Shown here: one piece after another, positions 62,711-64,000 of the stretch | Layout of the letters: each line of letters starts with the position of its first letter | Position numbering within the stretch: position 1 is the first letter of the stretch | NCBI RefSeq assembly: GCF_963921235.1 | Contig: NC_086106.1 | Coordinates: 107,694,001-107,758,000, forward strand | Reading direction: 5' to 3' | DNA: 64,000 nt | From: Mobula hypostoma | Taxonomy: Eukaryota | Notes under the pieces: model-generated | What the model was told of the DNA's origin: nothing | The model's database searches: none | What the model saw: only the letters and a program-made list of their open reading frames with translations | Position numbers and translations under genes: made by a program

Positions 62711-63279
62711 TACTCAATAGTCACTTTATTGCTCAATAATGCAAAAATTTAATCAGCCAATCATGTGACAGCAACTCAATGCATAAAAGCATGCAGACAT
62801 AGTCAAGAGGTTCATTTGTTGTTCAGACCAGACAACAGAATGGGGGAAAAATGTTATCTGGATGACTTTGACTGTGGAATGATTGCTGGTGCCATATGAG
62901 GTGGTTTGAGTATTTCAGAAACTCCTGGGATCTCCTAGGATTTTCATGCATAAGGATCTCTAAAGTTTAAAGAGAAAGGTGCAATAAACAAAGTAATATC
63001 CAGTGAATGGCAGATCTGTGGGTGAAAATGCCTTGTTAATGAGAGAGGTCGAAGGAGAATGGCCAGACTGGTTACCGGTTCAAGCTGATAGGAAGACAAT
63101 AGTAAATTGAAAACTCAAATAATCACACATTATAACAGTGGTGTGCAGAAGAGCATCTCTAAACACACAACATGTCAAACCTTGAAGTGGATGGGCTACA
63201 GCAGCAGACGGATACGAACATACACTCAGTGGCCACTTAATTAGGTACAGGAGGCAGCTGATAAAATGGCCACTGAGTG
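62711..63279 (+). mobile_element. Non-autonomous Tc1-like element ending in a 57-bp mini inverted-repeat unit
   Basis: Homologous to 47671-48197. Right end TA|CACTCAGTGGCCA...TGGCCACTGAGTG|TA (63223-63279). Confidence 0.75.
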
Positions 63280-63559
63280 TAGTCAGCAGATGCTTCAAAA
63301 AGGTAACAATTAATCATGAGATGCATGCATCCAGCCAGTTCAACATACTTCAAAATAATATTTTTGGGATATTTTGATTGCAAGTGCTAATTGTTCTCAG
63401 AGCAATTGTTTTCATAAGCAAAGATTTGGGCCTTGGAAGTACATCAGTACACTTTCAGCAATAGATAGCCATAGTTCATGACATTCTCAGGGGTGATCAG
63501 CAATAAAAACAATTCTATGCTCCATTCTTTGGTGACTTACCAAATCTCCTCAAACTCCC

Positions 63560-63945
63560 AGTGAAGTACAGCCACTGGTTTTCCTTCTTTGAACTTACAT
63601 CAAAGTAATGGGCCCAGGACAGATCCTCTGAGATGCTGATGCCCTGGATTTTGAAGCTGCTCACCCCTTCTACCACTCAATGTGGACTGTGTGCGTTCTC
63701 CCAGCTTCCCTTTCCTGTGGTCTACAATCATTTCTTTGATCTTCCTGACATCAAGGCAAACTATCTCCTGTATGCCTGCTTGTTGCCTGTGGAACTCTGC
63801 CCACAACAGTCCTGTCATCAGCGAAATTTATAGATGGCATTTGAACTGTGCCGAGCCATATATTCATGAGTGTAGAGAGAGTAAAGCAGTGGGCAAAGCA
63901 CACATCCTTGAGGTGTGCTTGTCTTGATTGTCAGCAAGGAGTCTA
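63560..63945 (-). mobile_element. Rex1/Babar RT fragment
   Basis: Reverse of aaatttcgctgatgac (KFADD region), LDVRKIKEMIVD and FKIQGIS. Confidence 0.65.
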
Positions 63946-64000
63946 TTAATTGGTCCTTCTTTGAAACTTAATTAGTTTCCAATAGGCATAGTCTAAATCA

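Noticed and set aside
1-64000. CRISPR array, operon or prokaryotic defence/retron system
   Set aside because: There is no regularly spaced repeat-spacer array and no dense gene organisation. All RT and nuclease ORFs belong to eukaryotic retroelements.

Overview
This is AT-rich eukaryotic DNA, most likely intergenic or intronic sequence from a cartilaginous fish, probably a ray. That assignment is inferred from the repeat content: HE1/V-SINEs, elasmobranch-type CR1, Rex1/Babar and Penelope-like elements (PLEs). I found no host protein-coding exon, rRNA, true tRNA or CRISPR array that I can support. Every long ORF comes from a transposable element: CR1 ORF2, Rex1/Babar, L1, L2, PLE GIY-YIG, Tc1 transposase, or a Gypsy element with a PNMA-like gag. 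The most notable observations are: (1) a ~4.2 kb inversion (~53104-57310) that splits one Gypsy provirus and the CR1 it inserted into, reconstructable from LTRs, PBS/PPT, TSD and reading-frame continuity; (2) many minimal type-I hammerhead ribozyme motifs in PLE pseudo-LTRs, in two families, all mutated here; (3) a 116-bp PLE-derived hairpin insertion with a 14-bp TSD; (4) a PLE with a 5' inversion and a self-templated junction; (5) a local A>G/T>C-biased, CpG-rich patch at ~42 kb. Family names come from motif recognition, not database searches. Boundaries of degenerate repeats are approximate.
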